NCBI GenBank assembly: GCA_964016885.1
Contig: OZ024740.1
Location: 327,050,001-327,114,000 of the forward strand
Origin: Eledone cirrhosa
Lineage: Eukaryota
Length of the DNA: 64,000 nt
Direction: 5' to 3'
The notes beneath the pieces are model-generated. The model had not been told where the DNA came from and did not search any database. It saw only the letters and a list, made by a program, of their open reading frames with translations. A program made the position numbers and the translations under genes. Shown piece by piece: positions 27,331 to 41,750 of this stretch (its first letter is position 1; each line of letters begins with the position of its first letter).

Positions 27331-28423
27331 GCACAACGACAATCTGCTATATAAAAAAAGCAACTATGAAACTCCCACCGAGTGAATTGTCCTACAAGTT
27401 GAGGGATGCAAGCACCCGACAACATTCCCGATGCCAGATGTCCTGTCTAGGTCTTCGCTTAATCTACGATTGCAGTTTTGCAGAAGGGAGAAGCTGTCAA
27501 ACACCTGCATGAGAAACGATGTTCAAACTCTATAATAATAATTGTTTCTACATTTGGCACAAGGCCAGTAATTATCCCAGTGTATCACTGGTACTTTATA
27601 ATAATAATGATTGTAATAACAAAGAAATTAAGATTAAGTCAACTAAATATGTTGCCAAAATTACAAGAATCGGAAGAGCCACATAATCGAGGAATCAGCC
27701 AGAAAAGATGAAAATGCAACTCTAAAAGAAATACAGAAATTATCTAAATATAAAGATCACAAAATATAGATATTCAGATTCCAAATGAGGAAATTAAAAA
27801 CAAACAATCCCTACAGGTGGTTTGGGAATGATTAAATAAAGACAGATAAATGCGTAACATAGAGAAAATAGAACTACTAGACATATTACGAAGAGTAATA
27901 AACACATACTATTGACCCCCCAAGACACACGAAGCTGCGCTCAGTTGCATAGTGAAGCTGTGCAATAGAATAAAACGACTAGATAATAATTGCTTCTAAC
28001 ATAGGGGTAAAAAGAAAGGAGAGATTGACCTCGGTGAGATTAGAACCCAGAACGTAAAGAGCTAGAACAAATACTTCAAGGCATTTTGCCCAACACTCTA
28101 ACGATTCTGCCAATCCACCGCCCAAACAATATCTGACACGCTTTTCTCTTCCTGTCTTTCGAAAGCAATATTATATATTCCATAAGAGCATCTGCTACTT
28201 TCTTCAAGACGTTACAAACGATTTGAGAGAGATTCATGCGTCTTCACAAGATCGATGTTATTTCAAATTAAGGCGTGGCAATATTATTATTGGTAGAATC
28301 TGTCACCATAGTAACAGCTTGTCAAATATTTTTCTTGGTTCTTCCTATCTTTTAAATATATATACAAATACATACGCACACAAATACACGCATGTATCGG
28401 ATATATATATATATATATATATG

Positions 28424-28455
<32 letters not shown>

Positions 28456-28477
28456 TGTATGTATGTATGTATGTATG

Positions 28478-28648
<171 letters not shown>

Positions 28649-28776
28649 ATATATACTGTAAATATATGTGTGTGTGTGCGTGTGTATATAAATATATGTA
28701 TGTGTGTGTGTATATAGTTATGCGTATGTATATATTTATATTAATACACACACACGCGCACACACACACACACACA

Positions 28777-28823
<47 letters not shown>

Positions 28824-29089
28824 ATATACTACCTCATGATTCTAGAATAACAATCAACTCTTATCAATACAATGTACAGAAATGTATATTTTGAATTTCA
28901 TACATTGAAGATTTTGAAAAAATCTAGAGATAAATAGCTGGAAGCAGTCGCTATGTGTCTCTGTGATAGGTGCGTGTGTGTTTGTGGGGGTAGGCGGGAG
29001 TAGGGGGGAGTAGGGTGGAGTAGGGTGGGGGAAGTTGATATTTGTTATCTGTATTTTGTCAGTATGTTTGCCTATCTATGTATGTATGG

Positions 29090-29173
<84 letters not shown>

Positions 29174-29292
29174 GTATGTCTGTATGTCTGTCTGTCTAAA
29201 TATATATATATATATATATAAAGAAAAGGAGATGAAATCGAAAATGCAACTGAAGTCTTATTTTTTTTTAAAATATATATATTTATTTGGTT

Positions 29293-29330
29293 CCTTTACC
29301 GGTTTCGCAGTTCTTCTGCTTTTCAAAAGG
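29293..29330 (-). ncRNA. Hammerhead ribozyme, family A
   Basis: Identical motif within copy 29219-29373. Confidence 0.8.
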
Positions 29331-29371
29331 TGAGTTGAGATGGAGGGTCTGTGGTTTTTCTCACATCTGAG

Positions 29372-29420
<49 letters not shown>

Positions 29421-29423
<3 letters not shown>

Positions 29424-29601
29424 AAAACGTATGACCCCGACGGCAGGGCTCAAGCCGTTTCGACGGGTCCAGAAATAGCCGTCGAAACGGCTTGAGCTCT
29501 GCCGTCGGGGTCATACTTTTTCCTATTACCCACTCTACTACCCTAAGTATTGAATACTCTGGTGCGTTATGGTCCATCTGGTTCTTTACCACAATTCCTT
29601 C

Positions 29602-29604
<3 letters not shown>
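29421..29604 (+). mobile_element. Family F mini fold-back copy (3' half of the HHR only)
   Basis: Inverted arms ~29421-29465 and ~29479-29523, followed by the family F tail. Confidence 0.8.
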
Positions 29605-29655
<51 letters not shown>

Positions 29656-29673
29656 TTTCTCTCTCTCTCTCTC

Positions 29674-29704
<31 letters not shown>

Positions 29705-29843
29705 TTATATATATATATAAATATGTCTGGATATCTGTTTGTCTATCTATCTATCTATCTATCTACCTAACCTATTGTCTATCTATATGTATGCTTGCCT
29801 GTTTATCTACCTGCTTCTCTGTCGGTCTGTATGTATGGATTAT

Positions 29844-29884
<41 letters not shown>

Positions 29885-29885
<1 letters not shown>

Positions 29886-30022
29886 GTGGGGGCTTTTAAG
29901 GGTTCACGTTAAAACATATTATGACACATTCGTACGAGAACGTACAGGTGCATTGAGATCAAAATCCCTGCATATGAATTTTAGCTATATACCTTTTCCA
30001 CGAACGTTTTGAATCTCCCTCG
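29885..30022. mobile_element. Degenerate mariner-type MITE
   Basis: Imperfect TIRs cgtggggg.. / ..ctccctcg flanked by TA. Confidence 0.45.
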
Positions 30023-30111
30023 TATATATAGATGTGTTCTTTAAAAAAATGTTTTTCTGTTTTTCTATGAGAAAATTCTATTAGCATTTACTACTTTGTT
30101 TCTTATTTTCC

Positions 30112-30156
<45 letters not shown>

Positions 30157-30559
30157 GCACACACACATACACTGTATATACATTAATGCAGAAATACCTT
30201 TCTTTATATAAGCATGTATACCAACTGTAGTCAGAAACAAACCGAGTCGAGAATTTGATACAGTGTATTTTTTGTGACAATGTGTCCCATCGCTATAGTT
30301 GCTATTGCTCTTGTTGATGTTACTGTTCTTGACTATTTTCTGTTTTTGTTGGTATTGTTGTTGGTTTGACTTTGGTCAACTCTCCCGGACCAAAGGCATT
30401 TTACTCATGACCATTCCGTCTATTTAGAGAGATTTCTACGACATGTAACCCGATGTGGCTTTCCTTGAGACGGTCGGGTGTGGTTTTAAGGAAGTTTGGC
30501 TGCTTGCATATTGTTCCATATGATACTATGAAATGTTAGATGTGTAGTCAATACAATAA

Positions 30560-31090
30560 TATAGTGCGAAATTGTGAGGTTGAAGAAGGGTGGATGTAAT
30601 ATATAATGTGAAGTTGATGAAGAATGTTGCAAGGAGTGTGAGGTTGGGGAATCGTCTCGGGGGAAATGTGAGATTTATGAAGAGTGTTGTGTAAATGTAT
30701 AGTTGATGTGAGATGTTTTCGGAAATGTGAGGTGATTGAAGGGTCTTGTAAGGTTGGTGAAATGCCTTGTGACAAATGTGAAGTTGAAGAATGTTCCTAT
30801 GGCAAATCGTAAGCTGATGAAGGCTCCTTGGAGATTCATGTTATGGGAAAATGTAAGGGTGATGAAAAGTATTGTGAGAAATGTAAGGTTGATGAAGGGT
30901 ATTATGGGGCATGTGAGTTTGATGAAGCTTATGTTGTAGTACGGGATAATCGTTGTAGTGTGGGATGTGAGGTTTATATATGTTGCAATGTGGGCTGTGA
31001 GGTTGAGAAAGGGTGTAGTGTGAAATGTGAGAGTGATGGATGTTTTAGTAAGAAAATGGGAATGGCGAAAGGTGCAGCTGATGAATGGTG
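30560..31090 (+). repeat. Degenerate 30-bp minisatellite (TGTGAGGTTGATGAAGGGTGTTGTGNGAAA-like)
   Basis: tgtga(g/a)gttga words recur at ~30-bp spacing. Confidence 0.75.
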
Positions 31091-31397
31091 TAGTACCTTT
31101 GATCATAAGACTTCTGTATCAGGGCTAACCCAAGGTTAAACAATACAAGATCATGGAAAAAGACGGCACATTTATATGAGCCTGAGGTGTGATATTTTGA
31201 TGCTAAGGCCTTTCTCTTCATCAAACAGCTTGAGTTTCTTCTCGAGTGAAAATCGAAACTAAATGAATTCGGAATTACTTAATTAATTAATTAATTCATT
31301 AATTCCCTCATTCATTATTTCTCTACGACAGCGCACATAGTTAAGCACAGTTCAATATAGTTGTTTTAATTAACTTCCAGTATTAACACTGGAGCAG

Positions 31398-31612
31398 TCG
31401 GTGGCAGAATCGATAAAGTGGCGAACAAAATATTATGATTTATTTACTCACACCCCTTTTACATAAATTCTGCGTTCAAATCCCGCCGAGTTGACTTGAC
31501 CTTTTGTTCTTCTAAAGTCGATAAAATAATTAACCATCAAGTACTGAGATATAGTAAAACGTCTACATCCCTCTACTCTAAGACTATGGCTTTGTGTCAA
31601 TATTAGACATTG
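31398..31612 (+). mobile_element. Old diverged SINE
   Basis: TGGCAGAATCG, GTTCAAATCCC and GTCGATAAAATAA are present. Confidence 0.7.
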
Positions 31613-31922
31613 TTATTAGATCGTTCCCTTTGTGTTATGAGTCTTCATATGATGCTGGAATCAATTGTGACTTTTCTTTGCTTTAGTCTTTGATCTCTCT
31701 GGATGATACAATAAGTTCCAGTTAAATACTGATGTCAATTTATACTGTTTGTGTGGTTTTGTGCCATTGTTGTAACGTAATATACTGTCTTACATTATAA
31801 CAATGGGACAGAATATGGTAGGGCATAATATACATATACATATAAATAAATATATATATATGTGTGTGTGTGTATTATATATGTATCTAACTATCTCTCT
31901 CTTTCTCTCTTTATATATACAC

Positions 31923-32069
<147 letters not shown>

Positions 32070-32312
32070 TGTATATATATGTGTATATATATGTGTGTGA
32101 ACACGTACATCCATATACATATGTATTATGAAAAGCAAAGTCACATGCCTTTCCTATTGTTTGTTGATTTCTCCCCTTCTGTCACTCAGGAGAAAGCGGT
32201 GACTGTGCCGAGAAAGGAAGAGCCGGGGGGGGGGGTATTATAAATAGAGGTGGAATAGCTAAGAAAAAGAGAAAAAAACCATCTATGTATATATATGACG
32301 ACGATGATGATG

Positions 32313-32714
32313 ATTTCTAAATAAAGCAGAATACAAGCATTTTGGGAGGGGAAAGTCAATTATATCGGCGCTAGTATGTTACTTGTACCTAATTTTATCA
32401 ACTGTTAAAGGATGAAAGGCAAAGTTGATCTCGACGGAATCTGAACTCAGAACATAAATAGCGAAACCAAATGTTGCAAGGATTCATCCGACGCCACAAC
32501 AATTCTTAACAATATTAATATTATATCAAATAATTGTTTCTACTTTTGGCACAAGGCCAGCAATTACCCAGTGCATTACTGGTACTTTATTTTATCGACC
32601 CCGTAAGGATGAAAGGCAAAGTCAACCTCGGCGGGATTTGAACTCAGATCGTAAAGGGACGTAACTATGCTGGAAAGCATGGCGTCCGACCCTCTACCGA
32701 TACTGCCAATCCAC
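32313..32714 (-). mobile_element. Two SINE copies (old 32313-32500, young 32531-32714)
   Basis: Both match the SINE consensus. Confidence 0.85.
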
Positions 32715-33331
32715 CAATAATCACACAAAAAAAGAAGTAAAAAATGCCTCTAACATTCATATACACAAAGATGTACGTTCCCATACATATTCATTGACAC
32801 GCAGACATGCACGACCGCACTCATACATTCACAGTTGGATAAACGTGAAGAAAATGAGATACACGATGCACGAAAAATACACAACCGCACACATAAATAT
32901 ATCCATAAATATATAGATAGATCTACAGTCAGTCATTGACACACGTTACACTTGAGTACGTTTACACATACATACACTTACAACACATAGGCACAGGTAC
33001 GCACAGACGCACGAATACGTATGGAGAAATGGAAATGCATAGTACATGTTAAATAATCAAACGTACACAAACAATCTACACATAAAGCTTATACAAGTAT
33101 AAATGTACACAGACACCAAACCTATTATCACAAGTTGACACACATGGATGCGTGTGTATACACACGTATACGCTGTCTGATATACACAGATGAATTTTAA
33201 AAATGTATATCTTATAAAATGTATACACATTGCCATATACATACTTCGAAGAATGTTACCGGCATTGATCTTACTGGTTTCGGAGAGCCTGCGAAATCTA
33301 AGGGCACAATTCCTTCCACAGTCTCACAGAT

Positions 33332-33374
<43 letters not shown>

Positions 33375-33565
33375 CGAGGGGGTGCTGAAACGTTCCTGGC
33401 TTTAAGGGTGTCACTAAAGGGTAGCGGTGTTACCTTTACAAGGGAGGTAGGACCGCTGCAATAAGTGTGGGAATATGAGAGAGAAATATGTTGAATAAAA
33501 TCATAATTAACTGATTCTCCTGTATTTTCTTTTTCCCAAAGCCAGGAATGTTTCAGCACCCCTCG
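33375..33565. mobile_element. Mariner-type MITE
   Basis: ~28-bp TIRs CGAGGGG(G)TGCTGAAAC(G/A)TTCCTGGCTTT in a TA context. Confidence 0.85.
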
Positions 33566-33598
33566 TGTATATATACATATATATATACACACACACAT

Positions 33599-33644
<46 letters not shown>

Positions 33645-33892
33645 GATGAGGAAAGTACTTAATGTAGTGAGTATCTTACTCAACACTGATCTCTAGGGAA
33701 GTGAAGCACCCATGGTCCCTTTTTTTTAGGTTTTCCGCGACAAGTGGGACGGAGAAGGTGGTTATCCCCAAGCAGGTGATATAGCCTAAATGCTTGTAAC
33801 AAGGGGAAACCTGCTAAAGGCAGCCAAGGACCAGCTGGAAAGCTTTAACTGGGCAACTGTTCAAATCTGGCGTCCAATATTTACATCTATCA

Positions 33893-33951
<59 letters not shown>

Positions 33952-34126
33952 AATATATCTATCTATATATGTATTTCTATGTAGTATTGGTGGACGAGAA
34001 AATAAGTACTCAATACCTTAGTAGAGATTAATAGTGTATTATGGCTGAACTAGTCACCTGTTTCTTTGAAGTTTCTCTTGCATGCAACAGGTTCCTCAGA
34101 TAGCTGTATACACTCTCACACACACA

Positions 34127-34178
<52 letters not shown>

Positions 34179-34385
34179 TATATATATACATTTACATATA
34201 TCCGTATGTGGTTGACGGGTGAGAGAAAAGAGTACTCAATATGAAAGTATAGTTTTAACATTCATTTTATTAAGGCTAAACAGAGTCTTGAACTCTGGAT
34301 TATGACCTGTTTACCACAGGGTCATCAGTCTATGATAAACAAGACTCACTATTTAGCCTTAATAAATGAATACACACACACGCAC

Positions 34386-34418
<33 letters not shown>

Positions 34419-34579
34419 GTTAAAAGAATAGAGGTGTAACACACAAGTTATTATATATTGGTAAACGGAATAGAAAATGCTGACAAATTGTTCACAGTTG
34501 AAAAATGGTTTAATTAGGAATAAAAGAGTATTAGTGATTGTATGGGTTAGTATTCAGTTGTGGTTTTAAGTTTTTAAGT

Positions 34580-34616
34580 TTTTACCGGTTGCGCATTTCT
34601 AAATGCTTTTCAAAAA
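34580..34616 (-). ncRNA. HHR-like motif, family B (pLTR of the Penelope element), non-canonical core
   Basis: ttt-TTGAAAA-gcattt ag aaatgc-GCAA-ccgg-TA-aaa. Same motif at 6772-6808; the 7112-7148 copy has TG at the cleavage position. Confidence 0.55.
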
Positions 34617-34944
34617 TAATTTTGAGATAGAGTGTCCGTGCTGTTTGCTCTGATCTGATTAGTTTTGGGAATTGTACCTGTTTTTATGTTAAAAAAGTGG
34701 CTCCAGCGTTATTTTTGTGTTGCAAAAATGCTTGTGGTCAAAACAATTTTGATTGGTCGGTAGAGGTCATGTGAATGTAAAAAGTTGATTTTGCGCCAAG
34801 ACTGTTTTTATGTTAAAAAAGTGGCTCCAGCAAAAATTCTTGGTCAAAACAATTTTGATTGGTCGGTAGAGGTCATGTGGATAAACAATTGGTTTTGCGC
34901 CAAGATTGAGAAATGACTCTTTCACAACAAATATGTGTGTGTGT

Positions 34945-35003
<59 letters not shown>

Positions 35004-35091
35004 TGTGTGTGTGTGTGTGTAGTAGTAGTAGTAAGGTGTTCGATGCTGCGACAATGGCCAGCAGCGATGTGTGTCAAATGGCTATTAAGAT

Positions 35092-35196
<105 letters not shown>

Positions 35197-35356
35197 GCAG
35201 AGTAATTCGATGGTCAGTAAGAATGTGTCTGAAAGCAATGGGGGGTATTTTAGCATGTCAAAAGATATTTTTCAGCTTTTGTCTTATACGGAGAAGTGCG
35301 TGTGTGTGTGTGTGTATAAGTCTCTTTGTATGTTGATGTACGCGTGTGTATGTGTT

Positions 35357-35403
<47 letters not shown>

Positions 35404-35718
35404 ACCAGTATTTTTTTCCCCCTGGTAAAATGGTGTACATTATTCGATTTTTTCAGTAAAATCGGTTCTCTTAATAGAACATCAAAAATCTTAACAATAA
35501 AAGGTGTGAAATGATATTCACTATATATATATACACATACATATATTCACTACATATATATATATATATACATATATACATACATATATATGCACATATA
35601 TTTTTTTGTATTGCACCATAGAGCATGTGTGTTTACGTGTGTCATTGTGTTTATATGTGGGTAGAGATGTGTGCTGATGTAGGTATGTATGTTGACGTGT
35701 GTATGTTGTGGGTTCGTC

Positions 35719-38038
35719 TTAGGGAGAAGTGTTTAGACGGGGTCCGTATTTGTTAATGAAGTAAGATTCCTTGCTGATGCGCTGGGTGTGGGTGGCATTA
35801 TCTTTAAATTTGTAGAGGGGAAAGATTCTGAAGTTGGGATGATTTTGGGCGGCACAGGTATCAATGTGTTCACTCAGTGGTATTTTCCTGTATTCCCGTA
35901 TTTTAATTTGGGATCTATGGACAGTCATGCGTTGGCGGAGGCTGTTTTTGGTCTGGCCTATGTATTGTTCTCGACAACCTGAACAAGTTAATACATATAT
36001 TAGATTTTCCGATGCACATGTGAAATTGTGTTTTACTATAAAACGTTGTCCATCTTTGAAATAGAATTCCGAACCCTCTATTAGGTTGATGCAAATGCCA
36101 TAGTTGGGTCTATCGCATTTTTTTACTGTGGGTTTCGTTGTTGTGGTTGGCAGTAGTTTGGCATGTGTTAAGATGTCTTTCATTGACTTGGATTGTCTTT
36201 TGCTCTTTATGATATCGTGTGTTCGTAGAATTTGGTTCATTCTATGGTCCTTTTTCAATACAGGGATGTTCTGGAGGATGGTGTCAAAGGCCTCATTGTT
36301 GAGGGGGTTGTGTGTGGAGATGTATGGAAGAGCTTTTAGTTTTGGTTGATTTACTTTAGGGTGTCTAAGGTCCTGGGTACTGAGTTTTAGGGCACGTTGG
36401 ATTCCATTGTCAATTAGTGATGCAGGGTAGTCGTAAGTAGCAGATGTAGCCGTAAGTAGCAGATGTTTTTATTGGAGACTATAGTACAGATTCTATTGGC
36501 TAAGTTGTAGGGAATATTAATTTTAACGTGTCTAGGGTGGCAAGAGTTGAAGGGGAGATATTGCTTGGAGTCTGTGGGCTTGTAGTATATGTCTGTTTCT
36601 ATTTTTTTGTTATGGATCTTAATGAGGATGTCGAGGAAGGGGAGTTGTTGATGGCTGTATTCCATCGTGAAGTTAATATTTGTGTTGAGCCCATTTATAA
36701 GGGTGTGAAATTCTTTAAGTTTTTCGATGTTTTCGTGCCAAAGGATGAAGCAGTCATCTAGATATCGCTTCCAGTTCCTTTCAATGTGTAAGTGGAGGGT
36801 GCTTCCAAATTTGTTTAGGACTTTAGTGTAGAGGGTGATTTCCAGGTATCCCATGACTAGGTTGGCATAAGTAGGGGCTGTTTTCGTTCCCATAGCGGTC
36901 CCAGATTTCTGCCTGTAGGGTTTGTTATTGGAAACGAAGTAATTGTTCTCCAAGATAAATTTGCGTCCCTCTATCACGAATTCTTTTTTGATGCGTTGTG
37001 GGAGTTCATTGTGGAAATTATCCAGCCAGAATTGGATAGCTTCTATTCCTAGGTTGGGGGGGATGTTGGAGTATAGGTTGACTACATCGAACGTCACTAG
37101 TAGGGTTTGTTCAGAAAGTGGCATATTAGGGAGGTGATTGAGCATATCTAGGTCGTCCCTTATATAGCTTTTGATGTGCTTGAGGAAGGGTTTGAGAAGG
37201 GTATCAATGAAGTTGCTAAGACGGTGCGTTTCGCAAGCGGGGCCTGCTATTATAGGTCTTATAATAGATCTTATTTGAGATCATTGGGTGAGGGGACATT
37301 GATGACTATGTCTGTGGCTTCCTTGGATGCCTTACTGATTGATTCGCTTTTATGTACTTTAGGGATACCGTAGAAAAGGCTGGATTTACTTGTGAAGTCT
37401 GTGATGAAGCTGAATTCCTTGTTAATGAGTCCTTCTTTGTATTGGTTGATTAGAGTTTTTAGGTTTCTCATAATTTTCTGTTGATTGTAGTGTTCAGCCT
37501 TTTCGTAGTATGTTTCGTTTTCCAAATTGGAGAGCGCTAAGTTGATATAGAATTCTGTCTCCATTAGGACTACTGTACTCCCTTTATCAGCCTCTTTAAT
37601 TGTAATGGTTATGTCGGTTTTTAATCTATTTAATTCTTCCCATTCTTTCTTGTTGAGGTTTGGCTTGTGTTTTTGTCTGTGCAAGTGTTGGTAAGGGAAG
37701 TTTGTGATGTGTTCACAGAATTCGTCCAGGATTTTATTTCTACCTTTTGAAGGGGTGTAATTGCTTCTATTTCTGGCTAATGATTCATCCTCATTGTACT
37801 GGTCGAATAGTTGTTCACTAAGTCGTAACTTTCTACAGAAGTCTGTGATGTCTTCCTTCATTTCATAGTAGTTAGGACGTAGTGGGGTCGGTGTGAATTT
37901 AAGACCTTTGGAGAGTAAGTTGATAAGGTTGGGTGTTGGTTCTGCACTAGTAAGATTGATAATTTTTATTACTATCGGTTTCTCCTCCCTGTCTTGTGTT
38001 ATTTTGTTTGCCTGTATCTGTGTGCTGTGTCTAAAAAA
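35719..38038 (-). pseudogene. Penelope RT-GIY-YIG endonuclease ORF, broken by two frameshifting duplications/indels
   Basis: Motifs IINLT..LLSKGLKFTPTP, IKEADKG, LVTFDVVNLYSNIP, GTAMGTKTAPTYANL, WKRYLDDCF, LPFLD, YYKPT, a Cys linker (KKCDRP..C..FTCAS) and NLIYVLTC..C...YIGQT...R. Lesions near 37255-37272 and 36414-36465. Confidence 0.93.
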
Positions 38039-38331
38039 TGGTTGGGGTAGAGGGGTTGTCTGCTGATGTTAAGTGGTCTCCTGTGTTTGTTATATTCCTT
38101 GTTGTTGTAAAATGTGGTTCGGGTTGGTGGTTGTAGATTGAATGGGGTGTTCCTGTACTGAGAGTATGGGTGTGTGTTTCTATGTGCCATGTTGTATTGT
38201 GGTGTTATAAGTGGCCTACGTTGTTGGTTGTATCGTGTGGTGTGGGTTTGTTGTGTATTGTGGAAGTGAGAGTTGAGAAAATGGTAATTACCTTGCTGTC
38301 CCCTTGAAGCGGGGAAGTTGTTGCATCTATC
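37999..38331 (-). pseudogene. C-terminal part of an upstream N/Q/R/Y-rich ORF of the Penelope element, cut at the inversion junction
   Basis: Frame is open from the junction to TAA at 37999, ending ...NHFLDTAHRYRQTK*. It overlaps the RT frame at TTTTTTA. Confidence 0.6.
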
Positions 38332-38445
38332 ATAAACTTAAAACCACAACTGAATACTAACCCATACAATCACTAATACTCTTTTATTCCTAATTAAACC
38401 ATTTTTCAACTGTGAACAATTTGTCAGCATTTTCTATTCCGTTTA

Positions 38446-38864
<419 letters not shown>

Positions 38865-40839
38865 GTAAAAGGTAAACAGAAATAACAACAATCGGTACAG
38901 TATATGGAAGGAATATATATGCATGTGTGCGTGTGTAAGCATGTGTATTGTGTGTAAGTGTACCCGCATTATTCAACTGAATATTTCCACTGAACTACAC
39001 ATGCACGTACACAGTAGTACGCGCAATTACACGTATCCAAAGCAGTTTGAATAGTATATTTATTTTTGATGAGACAAAACTTGTGACACATTCAGAGAAG
39101 ACAGAAGTTTTGATGTCGTGTCATTCATGTATTTCTATGAAACTTGGGCAATAAATGTGGGACGTAACTATGCTTATGGTTAAGACGTTGCTGTGATACT
39201 TAATGTAATTAGACAAGTCATATAGTGAGCGATTGAATATATTTACCAACACTTAACTATATTTTCATCGTTCAGAAGACACCACAGCGAAATCTTTCTA
39301 CCACTATGTTGTTCGTTAAAATAATGAAATGTTTATTAATTTCACTTTTGCTTTTGTTGCATGGCTATTATTTGCTATATTTTCTGTGTGGAACGAGAAC
39401 ATATGTTGTTTAGTCCCATTTTAGCGCTAATTGAGCAGACCTATGATCACATGCATTCCAGTCAAGTCCATCTTATTCTTTTGTACATATAGAAACATAC
39501 CCAACGTGTCCTTTTTTAATTTAAGATAGGGGAATATGGTTTTCAAGTCAAGCAGTAGCGTGTAGGCCCCACCACCGTTTCGCAAAGAGAAGAGTTATAG
39601 GAAGTTGTTTTGCTCATGCTTTCTTGAAAAAATATCAGCTAATATGTGTAAATTATGGCATAAAATGGTTTAACTCAGTCAGGGTTCGTCGCCGGGAACT
39701 CGCTTCTATCTTTTACAATGTTTATCAAAGCCTGTTAGAAAAAATAGAAATGGAGTCATGTTCATTTTAAAAAAGACCCTACGTTGTTTAACTGAAGTAA
39801 GATAGCTTCAAATGGTAATCGAAACCGCCTGAGCAGATTAGCACACTTGTTGCTCTATGGTGTCTAGCAAATTAGTCAAATATCGAATATTAACTTAACC
39901 AACAATATCTATGGAGTTGTATTGTGCATATGTGTGCATGTGTATGCGTGTGCTTGATGTATTCCACTAAAACTGATCTCAGCATATTACTGGTAGTTAG
40001 AATGAGCCAAAGAAGGAGTTTCTATGTGGTCGCTTAGCCTGATAGAACAAGAAGTAAAATATCATTCAAATCACACCTTACAGTCGTCTTAAAAAACGAA
40101 GGACCCGTTAGAAAACGTCGTCCTAATCTTTATAGGAATGCTTTATAGGAATGTAAATCAACTCCAGTAATCAACTGGTATTTTATTTCATCGTATTAAA
40201 AAAAAATCAAATCTTAAGTTGATCTCAGCGGGATTTGAACTCATAGTCAAATGTAGCAAGATTGAATTAATGAAAAAAAAAATGTATATCTGACAATTCT
40301 TTCAGTCCGCCATCCAGGTATAAATAAAAAAAAAAGCGAGTGTGTGTGAGTGAAGTTATTACGTCTGGAATACTTTTGATCACAAATCTGCTGGATTAAG
40401 GAGGTACTGGTGCTAAACATCAACAGCAACAACTTGTAGTTATATCAACTTCATTATTGGGTAGAAGAGAAGAAAATAATATAAAGTGGACCCTGTTTCA
40501 AACTGAACTTGGAACCGTGGTTTCAGCCAAGAAGTCCATTAGTTATGTCAACAACTAAACATTTACCATCTGTTCTAGCATATGACGCTATCACAAAACA
40601 GCTGCTTCAGTGAGAATGTCACATATTCTGTCTTTTTTCGTCTGTCTATCTTTCTTTTCGTCTCTCTCTTCCCCCCCTTTCTCCCCCTCTCTCTATGTCT
40701 CTATCTTTTTCTCACTCTCGCTTTCTCTCTCTCTCTTTCACTCTCTTCCTCCTCTCCCTACCCTACATATGTATATATATATATATCTCCATATATATAT
40801 ATATGAATATATATATATATACACATACACATATATATG

Positions 40840-40878
<39 letters not shown>

Positions 40879-40880
<2 letters not shown>

Positions 40881-41628
40881 GCAAGTTATTCCGGGTTGAA
40901 TCGGAGGTAACCACAGTAAGTAAGGTACTCAATACATAGCAGAGTATAAAAGTTTTAATATAGATGAGATTCTACAGGACTAGAAGTGTTTCATTCTTTA
41001 GAAATCATCAGGAATCTGGCTTTCCAAAGATAAATGTTGTGGTATTTATATCTTTTCAGGTGGTAGGAGAGGGTGGGGAGTGGGATAGGTGGATGTCATT
41101 GGTTGAAAGAAAAGGGAATTCATTAAAAGCTAATTCTTTAAGGCTATAATTTATATTTAGAGTGACAAAGGCAGAAAGAATTCTATAAACAAGTTCAGAA
41201 TGGGGTGCCACTCCTTATTTTTGAGTTTCTCTTAAGCTAACAATGCCTATATTTCAGGTGTCTATAAGATGGTTGGGGTCGGTCATGGTTGATGGATTTA
41301 AAGAAAATGGAAATTCTTTAAAAGCTAATTCTTTAAAGCTCTAATTAGAGTGACAAAGACCAGAGAATTCTATAAACCAGTTCAAAATATTGGGTGCCTA
41401 TCATATCATTATTGTCATGTTTCTCTTAAGCTATATTCCAGGTGTCAACAGACACATTCACATACACACACACACACATATATATATATATGTGTGTGTG
41501 TGTGTATGAAGATCTTTAAGTCGTTTGGAAGCCTCGACAATGCAAATGGGTAAATCTCCGAGTAACAAGATCCGGTGGTGGATATATATATATATATGGA
41601 TATATGTATATATATATATGTATATATA

Positions 41629-41665
<37 letters not shown>

Positions 41666-41716
41666 ATATATGTATATATATATATATATATATATGGATA
41701 TATATATATATATGGA

Positions 41717-41750
<34 letters not shown>

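Noticed and set aside
27018-27512. 164-aa ORF as a host gene
   Set aside because: It is a chimera of antisense SINE sequence and a frameshifted LINE endonuclease relic.
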